Part shown: positions 45,101 to 55,809 of the stretch, piece by piece
Layout of the letters: every line of letters begins with the position of its first letter
Position numbering within the stretch: position 1 is the first letter of the stretch
Assembly (NCBI GenBank): GCA_965637545.1
Contig: OZ281497.1
Coordinates: forward strand, 20,274,001-20,338,000
Length of the DNA stretch: 64,000 nt
Reading direction: 5' to 3'
Source: Phallusia mammillata
Taxonomy: Eukaryota
Made by a program: the position numbers and the translations under genes
Notes under the pieces: generated by a model
Databases searched by the model: none
The model's input: the letters and a program-made list of their open reading frames with translations, nothing else
Told to the model about the DNA's origin: nothing

Positions 45101-48068
45101 TTTAAAAGCAATGTCAAAATGAAATCATGGGTAAATTGAACAGCAAATGTAATCTTCTGTATGTCATAAGTCCTTCTGAACGAGAGGTTTACAAACTGTG
45201 GGCTAACAATGCAAAATACACCGCAAGCATAAGACGTCATAAATAGTTTTGTCAGACTGTTTAAATTGATGTGTGCATTAAGTTAGAATTAATCTGGGCA
45301 TTTCAGGCACCATAAGATGTTATATATATGAGATAAACCTGTTTTTACATCAGTAATTTTGGGACAAAACCAAAAAGACACTTGGTGACTGTAATGAAAG
45401 AAGGATCTTTAATGCAACCATCATAGCTAAAAGGTTGTGCACCCCTGTTCTAAACTAACATAGTACTATTTTATATGGCATTTTTGTTGAATGAAATAAA
45501 GTCACTCTTCTTAAAATTGTGGTTAACACAGCAGTATATTGGTGGCTTTAAAAAGCTATGTGTACCGCCAACTAGTACTAATATGCCCATAAAATCATAA
45601 CATTGTGCATTGGAGCTTATATTGTATTATCCAGTCATCCCTAATATGTATTGACAAGTTTTGATGTTTAGTAAATTACTAAATCTTTACAAAAAATTTA
45701 TCGCAGAACACACCGACAACACTTTATGTTGTGATGGAAATGTGTGCCACATCTGTATATAATGTATGTATATTAGCTATAAAGTATGTGCTTAAAAGTA
45801 ATTTATAGCTTTTACATGCTACATGATTTTGTTTTTTGTTATAGTTCTTTTAAATGAATCATATAATATTGAAACATATTTCATTTATACATGTAATGTT
45901 TTTTAGTTTGTCAAAAATGGAGGTTATCTTGATAACAAAGGAAATTTGGAAACAACTGGTGCTAAAAAATACCTGAGCATTACACCACTCCAGATTGTAA
46001 AGGATGCAGTAAAGGGAGTTTTATGTCTACATGAAAAAAAATTGAGTGAGTGTCGTTGTTTTCGCACAAGTATTTTGTTGTTTAGTCATTATATGACTTA
46101 GTACATACATATTACTGAATAGAGGCTAATTAAGTAAGTATTTGAGTTTTTTTGTATCAGCAGTAAATGGTAAAAAAATGTTGTTGAAAAAACACAAATT
46201 TTTTAGAAAACTGTCAATGCCTTATGTAGCCATTTTTAAATGATCTTTGTTGTTTGTGGCCTTTTTCAGTACACCGAGACTTGAAGCCCCACAATTTCTT
46301 GGTGTCATTTGACAATCGAGTAAAAGTTGCTGATTTCGGATTCTGTCGCAAATTAAAAAATGACAAATCTTACCACCGAAGTAGTTCTCGTAGTGCAGAA
46401 ACTTTTCTTGCTCCAGAAAATCACGAGAAACTTTATGTAAGTGAAAAATTCCTTTGCTAGTGGTAGTATAGTTAATGTTTTCCTTGTGAATTGTTTTGAC
46501 TTAAAACTTTTTGTAGAAACAAAAATCAGATGTTTATGTTCTTGGGTTGTTTTTTTACTTTGTGCTGAGTGATGGTGATCATCCATTTGGTGAAGAAAAT
46601 GATCAACGACACAACATGACTAAAGGCAAAGCACCAAACCTAAACCTATTCAAAAGTAAGCTGTGGCTGTCAAATGACATGCAAGGGTGTTTCAAATAAA
46701 CTTTTTGCAGAAGAGAATGTAGAACATTACATTACTATCAGTGGCTTAATGGAATCAATGTTACAAAAAGAGGTGGATAAACGTCCCACTATACAAGAGG
46801 TGGCTATGCACCCAGCCTTGTGGGACTCCAAACAAAAGTGTGAATATCTTACTGTAAGTACTTTTGGATGTTGATTTTTGACCAGGTTTTATTTTTTGTT
46901 GAAACTGACAAATAGTGTTATAGTAAGAAGAAAACAGTATATTGTTCTTCTAGTCATTTTGTCATATTTTTAGACTATAATTCATCTAAAAATATTTACG
47001 TAGCAATGGTGCAAATTTTCAGTACAACGATTACAGGTGCTGGAGAAACCACACTATTTGGCATCTTACACTGTTATACATCATGCTTTGAACATAAAGC
47101 ATAGTCCAATGTACAACATAGATTGCTGTATTTAAAGCTTGTGTCCAAAAACAAAACATAGTTTTAAGCCCAAAATGCTTACAAAAAGTCTGGTGCAAAT
47201 TGTAGTTAATTTAAACTGAAGAAATAACATTCAGGATTTGCACAAATTCATTGAAGAAAAGAAAAATTTAACCTCTGATCTCCTTGAACAAATGAAGAAA
47301 TATCCTGCAAATTTGTTGAGGGATGGTGATAAAACTGAAGAGGAGTTCAAAATTTTAAAAAGTAGTTTGCCAAAATCTGTTCTTGAAGACAAAGCACATC
47401 CAGTAATTTCATGTGAAACAGTGGTGGACTTTCTTCGAGTATTCAGGAACAAGGTAGGTTTCTTAAGAGGGTCATGTTTTAGTTTCTTATTTTCATGAAG
47501 CTAGCTCATGCACTTTTGTCATAAACACGGCTCAATAAAATATGACAAATATTAGAACTATATCGGTACCCAGTGGTGGGATTCAGCCAGTTCGCACTGG
47601 TTCTATATCATAAAATTTTATCTGATCAGCGAACCGTTAGCATTACTGGTTACTGTCAATGAATACAGTCAATAAACTGGCTGAAAAATATGACTTTTGT
47701 GATAGAACCGGCTTACAAAAAATTTGAAACCCACAACCATGTAAAAAAATAATAGGAAACAGTTTTGTACAAGAGTATAAAGTTGCATTTGAATGTTTTT
47801 TTTTGTTTACTTTATTTAGGTTAAATTAACTACCAACAGTAATGATCTTACAAAATTTGCTTGGTAAAAACAAATCTATTTCTGTTTTAAGAAAAGCCAC
47901 GGAAATCTCACTACTGCTGAGAAAATGGAATTTGGGCACAATGAAACTAATGGCTGGGACAATTTTGTGGACGTGTTTTTAAAACCCTATCCCCAGCTTC
48001 TTGTACATTTGTATGATCTTTTTAGGGGAAAAGCAATTGAAAATCGTACTAAGTACTATTCTGCATAA
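39126..48068 (+). CDS. NACHT-LRR (NLR) fused to an IRE1-like Ser/Thr kinase and KEN ribonuclease domain, 18 exons, ~1088 aa
   Basis: Exons 39126-39137, 39221-39275, 40797-42035, 42460-42528, 42654-42904, 43217-43402, 43457-43505, 43565-43653, 44112-44163, 44261-44336, 44493-44640, 45707-45763, 45907-46045, 46270-46436, 46517-46655, 46711-46853, 47235-47453, 47892-48068 sum to 3267 nt with no internal stop and matching phases at all 17 GT-AG introns. The first two small exons are the least certain. Confidence 0.85.
39472..40399 (+). mobile_element. Second copy of the Helitron/Helentron-like family (intron 2 of the NLR-kinase-KEN gene)
   Basis: Shares ACAGATGGT(A/G)GATATGGT(T/A)ATGTAGATGTG and the 3' block TTATAAAAGACAGTG...ATATGGGACCCAA...AAAATAAGTGTAGGGAATATATT...GGTTATAGTG...CCACC(C/T)TTCTA with 13179-14373. 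Confidence 0.7.
40797..42035 (+). CDS. NACHT NTPase module (single large exon) of the NLR-kinase-KEN gene
   Basis: Walker A GSFGSGKST, Walker B LLFILDACDE, sensor-1 VFTSR, GxP motif GGNPWFL, winged-helix motif FFDPVIMDYLIA. Confidence 0.9.
42654..43402 (+). CDS. Short RI-like LRR region of the NLR-kinase-KEN gene (2 exons)
   Basis: LSLNLSKSSQL, IQQLLLDDCGLDGKRFELIAQAV, IDTMDISNNLL, TLIMSNCII: about 3-4 degenerate LxxLxLxxN/CxL units. Confidence 0.7.
44261..46853 (+). CDS. IRE1-type protein kinase domain (7 exons) of the fusion gene
   Basis: YVTKVL (beta3 Lys), KTEV (alphaC Glu), YVVMEMC, IHRDLKPHNFLV, KVADFGFCRKL, FLAPE, SDVYVLGLFFYFVLSDGDHPFG, RPTIQEVAMHPALW. The last two closely parallel IRE1 (YYVISEGSHPFG; RPSAKHVLKHPFFW). 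Confidence 0.9.
47235..48068 (+). CDS. KEN (IRE1/RNase L-type) ribonuclease domain (2 exons) of the fusion gene
   Basis: VVDFLRVFRNK|KSHGNLTTAEKMEFG...FVDVFLKPYPQLLVHLY aligns by eye with IRE1 [25 protein letters not shown]...FVCYFTSRFPHLLAHTY. Confidence 0.85.
47571..47741. mobile_element. hAT MITE, inverted paralog of 5267-5443, in the last intron of the KEN domain
   Basis: Begins CAGTGGTGGGATTCAGCC; the interior is the reverse complement of 5267-5443 with substitutions; the right TIR is degenerate. Confidence 0.75.
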
Positions 48069-49252
48069 ATGTAATTGTCATGTATACAATATTCAGATGC
48101 TCTTATTTAGTTTAAAAAATGTAGAGTAATTTGTTTAGGATTTAAAATATCCTTGCAAAATTGTGGACTATCACAAAGAATATTTTCTAAGCCAAACAAT
48201 TGTTTCTGTGCAATTACTTTGCTTCCAAAGCACTAAAAATTTTGTATTTTTTTACAATATATTGGGTCAAACCCAAAATCAAATATGTGCACTTAATTTG
48301 TTTTCTCCACTGTTTAATTGTTGAACTGTATTGTGATTAAGTGCCCATTTGATACTACTACATAGAAACATATTTGGGTAATGTACCACAAAAAGTTCAG
48401 GACACAACTGCGAAAACCTAGTGGTTATAAATTCAGTAAAAGAACAGTAAAAGGGAGTAAATAAAGGTAAAAATCACAGCAGCTGTACCTAATGAGGGGA
48501 AAATGGCCTAAAAAGGCTGCAATCCGGCCACAGAATCGAGTGGCCTCAAGGGCAACAAATGGATGGATAGTGGCCATATCATGATTAGCTAATATCTCTA
48601 TGCACTTATTGGCAGAAAGTTCAAATGAGTTTCAATCCACTTTTTATACTTTTTTATGCGGCATTACGATGTGAAATTTATTTGTTTATTTGAAAGTCTA
48701 AAAACATTCGGTTATTTTAGGTTTGGGATTTAAATGATGGCAAGAGTCTAATCGCAGTGATTGTACCTATAATTTGTTTACATTGGTAAATAACGTGTGT
48801 TTTTTTCTATCTTGTGGTTCTGCTGCTCCAGCGTTTTGTTATTGTAATTTTTGTAAATTTGATACACTGTAGCCAATAAACTGTCCATTAACTTGACGAT
48901 GTGGTTGACTTAAGCAGGTTAAAGAAAACATGCAGACTTCTAACACAGATGTATTTGACCTTTTTTGTGTAGGATGTTGAGAATTATTGCTCTCACTGTT
49001 GCATTTGTTCAATAACGGATCTTTAGACTACACACGACTCTGGAGTTGTAGTTGTATGCTGGGCTGCCACTACTTGAGATTTTTCCCAAGATCTTGGGAT
49101 TTTAGTCGTTAGTTTGGGATCTTGGGAAAAACCTTGAAACCTTGGGACGAGTGATAAAGAATAAAATAATACAAAACGGATCTGAATTACCATAGACCTG
49201 AGTCACCTGACTGTCGAGAGTGGACCAATACAAGTTTGGAGGCCCATTTCTG

Positions 49253-49612
49253 TTCAATCGAATATTTCGCTTAAGCAAGTCTTCCGTTTCCTGATAATCG
49301 AATATTCCGTTTATTCGAATATTTCGTTTAATCGAATATTCCGGATAATCGAATATTACGGATATTCCGGATAAACGAATATTACGGATAATCGTATATT
49401 CCGTTTGATCGAATATTTCGTTTAAACGAATATTCCGGATAAACGAATATTCCGGATAATCGAATATTCCATTTAATCGAATATTCCGGATAAACGAATA
49501 TTCCGGATAATCGAATATTTCGTTTAATCGAATATTCCGTTTAATGGAATATTCCGGATAAACGAATATTCCGTTCAATCGAATATTTTAGACAATCGAA
49601 TATTTCGCTTGA
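49253..49612. repeat. Minisatellite of ~17-18-bp units (AATCGAATATTCCG[GAT/TTT]); continues at 50304-50389 after a MITE insertion
   Basis: About 20 units built around the palindrome core GAATATTC; produces the spurious repetitive ORF 49102-49578. Confidence 0.9.
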
Positions 49613-49614
49613 TC

Positions 49615-50304
49615 CAGTGGTTCTCAAACTGGAGTCCGTGAGCCAATTTTGGGGGGCCGCGAAAAATTTCGGATTTTAACATTTTCCTGACATTACAAGC
49701 TTAATTTCTTTTTTTTCATGTACGTTGGTCGCTTTTTTTCATGTAAACTTTAAATATTTGGATTCAGCGTGCGTTATCAAGCTCAAATGTTAAAACCCAA
49801 AAGTTTTATTTGATTTGGCCTATTAAATTCGCGTTAAAGCCTACCGGGTTGTAAAAATTAGACAATTTATGTATTTTTCCCTATACCTGCTGTATTAATT
49901 CGGACACAAAATGGCGTTCATGCGGCTCTATCGCGTAACAATGGGTTGGACTATTTGTGTTTTGTATATACTTTGGTTTGTGCCTCTGACTCAGTTTAAA
50001 TCAAAGTAGGATTGAGAATCGTCTGTCTTTATTGCTAAACAATAGCCTGTATTGTATCTGCATGACAACTAAGAAAAAAGCAACTGTTCCCGCACAATTG
50101 TAATGTTTTTTTTATCTTGTTTGTGTTGTCACAAGTTTTCTTTGGGTCATAGTTGTGAGCGATTTTGCATGACTAGCTATAATCCTGCAATCAACTTTCC
50201 GTTTTCTAAAATACACATTCAGGCCTAACGACCGCGAGCCCCTAAAATAATAGTCAAGGGACCGTTTTTTAAAAAAAAATATGAAAAAGTTTGAGAACCC
50301 ATCG
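49615..50304. mobile_element. hAT (Charlie-like) non-autonomous element nested in the minisatellite
   Basis: CAGTGGTTCTCAAACT ... AGTTTGAGAACCC termini; the array resumes on the right. Another CAGTGGTCTTCAACC-type left end starts at 50390. Confidence 0.65.
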
Positions 50305-52988
50305 ATTATTCCGTTTAATCGAATACTTCGGAAAATCAAACATTCTGTTTTTTTCGAATATTTCGGACATTTGAATATGCGGTTTAATCCAGTGGTCTTC
50401 AACCTTTTAGGCGAAATCGCCCCCTTCTTAGGAAAAATCGCCCCCCATTATATTTTTATTTTGTATTAAAGTTCCTGACTCTTGGGCAGTTGTGTGCAAT
50501 TAGATTTACCCAGCTCCACGTAAGCTTATGATAACAGCTAAAACCCAGTTTAATTGCTACAACAACACTAAGGGTCAATTTAACGCTATTCTAACGCATC
50601 TACGTTTGGGACGTCATTATAGACAAGATAACATTATACGATTATGCGCAAACAATAGCCTTTTTTGTTAATTTGATTGAAATAATTGAGCATTATACTC
50701 GCTATCAGAGAAACCTATACATTCCACATTAACAACTTACATTAGATTTATCAAATTAAATGCTACAAAATCAGGCCTATAGAAAGTGTACAAGTGAAAC
50801 AAGTTTGAGGGAAAGCTCGTTACCTTTATATTAAGAAAGGTATAGCCGGTCACCGTGTGGCCAAATAAACAGCCCAACCTTGCTCTCGACATCACAAAAA
50901 GTACAAACGAATCACCAAATGCAATTTATTCAAATGGCAGCAAAAACTTATGTGCTCCATGCCTGATGTTTGATTTGCCAGTCAAATAAAATTTGCTTGT
51001 AAGTTAGCTTAGTCTCACATTTCGCGTACATTTTTAAATGTTCAGTAATTTTGAAGTCGCCCCACTTGGAAGTAAAATAGCCCCCCAAATCCCAAAACCG
51101 CCACTCTCACCTCCGTTGCAGGGCTTCCACTCCTTGGGATTTTGGGAAAAACCTTCAAAACCTTAGGATTTTTAATATTTTACGTTGATTAAGTCTTGAA
51201 TTTACTTATCATTATTGCTGCCAACAAAAAAAAAATTCAGATGTTGATCAGATCTTAGAAATGACGGTTTGCGTGACAGAACATTATCAATTTAGTGTTT
51301 GAGGCTTTGTCCGGTCTGTTTCAACCAGTAAACCAAGCCTGTAGTGGGTTATTTTTTATTTGCTGTTGCAACAATGCCTTTATCTGTACCTTGCTCGGGT
51401 TAGGAGAAAAAAGTCCAGCTGCCTTTATTGTCATTTTTGCTGCGTTTACAGCAATTTGCAGTAGGGACAGTTTTCTAAACTACTAATGCAAATAACTTGA
51501 TCGCACTGTGGTAAGAGGTGGCCCGGCGAATTAACTATTGAAAAATTATATTGCCAATGCAAGTTTAATCGATTTAAATCGAATTATGTTTCGTTGTAAT
51601 AACAAAAACGTCCATTATGCACGAAGGTGGCGTGTTTAGAAATAAACGTATGGGCAAATGTCAGCTTGCTCTGTAGATTTGTATTTGTATGGGTCCCTCA
51701 CACTGGATTCCAAATGAAATGTTTTTACCCACGATATGAAATTGGACCGGCTTAAAATATTCACCAAGTTACAAATTAACAGTACCTATAAGAACTTTCA
51801 TATTTTTTGAGCGCTTTCTTAGCAGTAATATGCATTTCCCTGGTAATGACCGATATAGTCCTAAAAAGATCGGATTTGTCATATTTCATGAGGTGCATTT
51901 AAGTCACGAAAAGTGATAGTTAAAAAAGAACCTTACTTCACCGTTTCAATATAACCTTCTTACCGTCACGTACTCCGTGTTTCCTTAAATCACGACCAAG
52001 CCTTTTCTTCAAACTCTGCGGCTTGCAGCTGGTGCTGCAGTTCTAGCCAGAGTTGTAAACGGAACTGAAATGCAACCCCGAACCCCAAAGTACAAGCCCA
52101 AAACCCGCCCCAAATCCGAATCGTTCTCGAAAGCTTGTTTAGGCCCGAAATTTTAATTGACAGGTCTGTGCATTGAAGCCCCTGGATAAACCAAGACAAC
52201 AAACACAATGTACAATAATATACAATTGGGCCGAAACAAGGCGTTTTATGGCTGTTTGTTATTAGATCGGGTCCAGCAACTGGTTACTTAGCCAGTTAAA
52301 TTTTTTCAAAAAAATACTGACGCAGAGTGTTAAGTCAGACCTGAACCAAACCTGTTTTTTAAAGTAAGCTAAGTCCGAACCCGACCCGACTTACTATAGT
52401 CTGGTTCAAGCATCTCCAAGTTGTCCTACTGGCGCATATCTTTTTCTGCGCGACGAATCTCTTCCACGCCTTTTCATTTCTTCGTTCCGTCTGGCCTACC
52501 CCTTCTCCTACTTCTGCGCAGTATTATGAACACCAAGACGCGCGAGCAGTGTGTTTTACTGTTAGTAGATTAACTAGAGCGCCTACTTCGTCCGCAGAAC
52601 GAGTCGTTGTCCGTTGGACTCTTATCACAGCTTCCGCCTGGACTAACTATGTTAACAAAACACTTCCAGATGGAGAATTACCTCACGAACCCAGTGAGAA
52701 ACTCAGTCATCGAATTAAGCCTTATTTTTGGTTACGCTTGCAAGTCCGTCTGCGAGATCGAGACGCGCCTCGTAGGCATCAACAGCATCAGAAAATGTTT
52801 TACTTTTGTGCTGCAGGTTACATTGACTATTATTTCGTTATCGAAAGTCATGCGATAATAGCACAACGAACTGCTGGTTTTTCTAACTATAAGGGAACTG
52901 GCTATTTGCCTGAAATATCCTTGACGTAACAATTTACGAAAAGAACGTCTGCATTACGAACTTTAATAGAACGAATTTTGACCTAGCG

Positions 52989-53204
52989 CAGTGGTTCTCA
53001 AACTGTGCGTCGCGACGCCCTGGTGCGTCGTTTCAATTTTCCAAGGGCGTCGTAGAATAGTTTCGTTTCGTGGCTTTTTGTTGTCGTATCAATAAACACA
53101 ACTTTAATAATAAGTTTCCTCATTAACTTTTATTTGCTGGTGCGTCGCAAGTTCAGAAAAACTTATCCAGGGGCGTCGCAACAAAAAAAGTTTGAGAACC
53201 ACTG
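52989..53204. mobile_element. hAT (Charlie-like) MITE, 216 bp
   Basis: TIRs CAGTGGTTCTCAAACT / AGTTTGAGAACCACTG with a perfect 8-bp TSD ACCTAGCG (52981-52988; 53205-53212). Confidence 0.92.
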
Positions 53205-53239
53205 ACCTAGCGTAAAACCTAGTTACGTGCTTATTGCCA

Positions 53240-53851
53240 AACCTAAGTTTGGTTGCATTTGTACTGTTCTGTCGCTTTCGTTTAATTTTCAAAAAACAAA
53301 GCGATTTTTCTCGGCGTGTTGTTATATTTCTTGGTGTGCGCTACATTTCAGTTGTAATCAGCGATTTTACCAGATCAGCTCATCGGCTGCTAGTGTAGTG
53401 GTTGTCATGCAAAAAGCATTACATTTAAAATCATTCCTGTCAAAATTCTGTCAAAAAGTTGGCTTTTTTGTATGACTCCTTATGAGCAACTCTTTTACGC
53501 GTGTTCGATCGCAGAACAAAATAGTACAAACAAACAGACAAAACATATAACCGAAAGGTTTCAATGTTTTAATGACTCTACTGATATGCGTATGGTACAA
53601 AACAATGCAGTACAAAAACGTTATTACTGTTACCTGCAGCAAGTGCGTAAACACAGTAAGTTTTTGCACAAAGATTATCGATGCGCTTCACATGCACCAC
53701 ACGGCGCCGCTTTTAAAAATAGAAAAAGAAAACTAACTGACTTCCTTTAAAAACTTAAACAATGTACGGCAAAACCGCTAGTCAGCAGTTGCATTCAGAA
53801 CATTATTAACAAGCAAGATAACCATTGTAGCGACCAATATGGCAAATCATT
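53240..53851 (-). pseudogene. Remnant third copy of the secreted-peptide locus (3'UTR-like and upstream-module homology; coding exons largely missing)
   Basis: 53240-53365 resembles 61290-61420, and 53450-53851 resembles 55490-55800 and 62220-62622. Only a short ...AADELIW* end sits where the last exon would be. Confidence 0.5.
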
Positions 53852-54433
53852 AGGCCTACAGAACTTTTGCCAAAAATTGAAGAAAAATCCGATTTTGAGT
53901 GGGGTTTCGCCGGAACATTCCAGTTTGAAACTGGTTTTAGCCGGTTTTTGCCTTCTGCCGAACTTCCTAACCTAAAAACTCACAAAGGTTTTTTCCATTT
54001 TACGGTTTTGGAAAGTCAAAAAATAAAGAAAAATATGGCGTGTACAGCCTTTGATATTGTTTTAGATTCAACAATACGTACAAAACTGGCCTAAAAACAA
54101 AAAAATGGCACGCCCAGTTGTGTCATTGGGTACTTCGGGGTATGTAAGGTAAATACATTATACTATTGACTTCTTTGTTGATCCTAATTGCAATTTTTGA
54201 TTTACTCCGACCATTTTTATTGCAACGATAAAGCGGAGAATATATCAATTTTACTTACTTCTCAGAAAAATACATTTCTTTTTGTGTTTACTTTGTTTAT
54301 TTTTTTGCTTCTGTGCAATATACACTGTTTGAGACTATCGCATAAAAGTAGGCCTAGGTGTAAAAAACTATTGTGCACAAGCTTTTTTGATAAAATGCTG
54401 CCTCAATGAAGTCTAAACATTTTCCCAACACTC

Positions 54434-54750
54434 GCATCACATGATCACAACCCAATGACGCCAGCCATTAAGCGCTGGAGAGCAAAAGCTGATTTTCCAC
54501 GACCTCCTGTACAGGAATAGGCTGGACTCGATTCGGATAGTGAGGCGATCGCTTCTAGCGTATAATCCATGGCGACTGGTGTAAACGACAGGAAATTTGT
54601 CGTCGATACCCTGACGGGGAAGGTTAGATATCGTAGGCGAAAGATCTCTCAAATGTTTACAAAATTTGAGAGCACTGACACCGAAACGTCAACCATGGCT
54701 GGTCATTACTACAGCGATGGTGATAACAAGGAAGGGAGTAGTGTTTTACC
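54434..54750 (+). pseudogene. Degraded copy of the 5' part of the FN3-TG receptor's last exon
   Basis: Homologous to about 36504-36825 (AGAGCAAAAGCTGATTTTCCACGACCTCCTGT..., ATGGCGACTGG, CCGAAACGTCAACCATGGCTGG) with in-frame stops and a deletion. Confidence 0.9.
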
Positions 54751-54768
54751 TCTTTTTTTACTCGTTTT

Positions 54769-55351
54769 TTACTCGTCCTTTCCACCGGCTCCCGTTTCTT
54801 CTGAAAAATTATTGTCGTCAATTGCTCCTCCATCATTAGACCCAATTCCACCGACGGGTTTGGCAACATGTTTGAATGCTGCAGCAGAAGCTATTTTACT
54901 CACACAATGTACTTGTATGTTAATACGACTCTATGCAAAAAGAAATCTTTGTGTTGCTCTTTTTAATAGCAATAATGCTTTATATCATAGCAATAAAAAT
55001 TTTCGAAACGTTTATTTAATGAAATGTTTGAAATAATTGACATTAGTTTGTAAGAACCAAATTAGGTTTCAACACAAGCAAATGTACTTTGATCATACAT
55101 TTATTGACGGATAGTTATACGTAATTCGACTTGCAAGCGCAGTTTCTTATTCTAGACGTTGATGAGAATATTATTCAAAACATGCAAAAAAAATTTTTAG
55201 GTGTGTTGTGAAGCCTAAACATTTTTAGAATTACGTGAAATCGCAACAAAGCAGAAAATATTTTGTACCTCCAAAAGGCCCGAATTTTGTGATTCTTCCG
55301 TCATTACCGATCATACAGAGTACAGACATCAGCAAATAACAGTTTCAACAT
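54769..55351 (-). pseudogene. Small secreted-peptide gene copy A (2 exons), +1 T frameshift in the signal peptide
   Basis: Exons 55351-55269 and 54878-54769, GT-AG, phase 1. Removing one T from TTATTTGCTG gives MLKLLLLMSVLCMIGNDGRITKFGPFGAFKHVAKPVGGIGSNDGGAIDDNNFSEETGAGGKDE*. Confidence 0.75.
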
Positions 55352-55809
55352 CTTCTTGTTCCTTTGTATGTTCTTGTCACAAACCAATAACTTTTTAGGG
55401 TATGTGATTACACTACGTTGAGTTTCTGCAAAAGTGTTCAAAAGTTCAAACAAAGAAAAACAAGGATAATTTAAGTGGCTACAGATCAGAAAAGTTGGCT
55501 TTCTTTGTTGACTTTTTGTGAGCAAATCTACAAAAATGTTTGCGTATTCGATCGTAGAACAAAATAGAACAAACAATATTGTATTTCAGACAAAACAAAT
55601 TACCCAAAGTTTTAAATCTTTTTTATAATGACAAATATTTTGCGTATGACACAAAGAAAAAACAGTGCGAAAACGTTACTGCGACCTGTACAGGCGTATA
55701 CACAACCAGTTTTTATCTTCAAAGACTCACATGCACCATGCGGCTTTTAATAATGCAAAAAGTAAACTTGCCAACTTCCTCAAAATCTTGTCATGACAAT
55801 GTACGACGG

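Noticed and set aside
49102-49578. 158-aa repetitive ORF (EYSIKRNIRLNGIFDYP)n as a repeat protein
   Set aside because: Translation of a 17-18-bp minisatellite; no start context or splice support.
54569-55036. 155-aa ORF as an intact receptor-tail paralog
   Set aside because: Chimeric read-through of a degraded exon copy into the antisense strand of peptide exon 2; upstream stops and no splice context.
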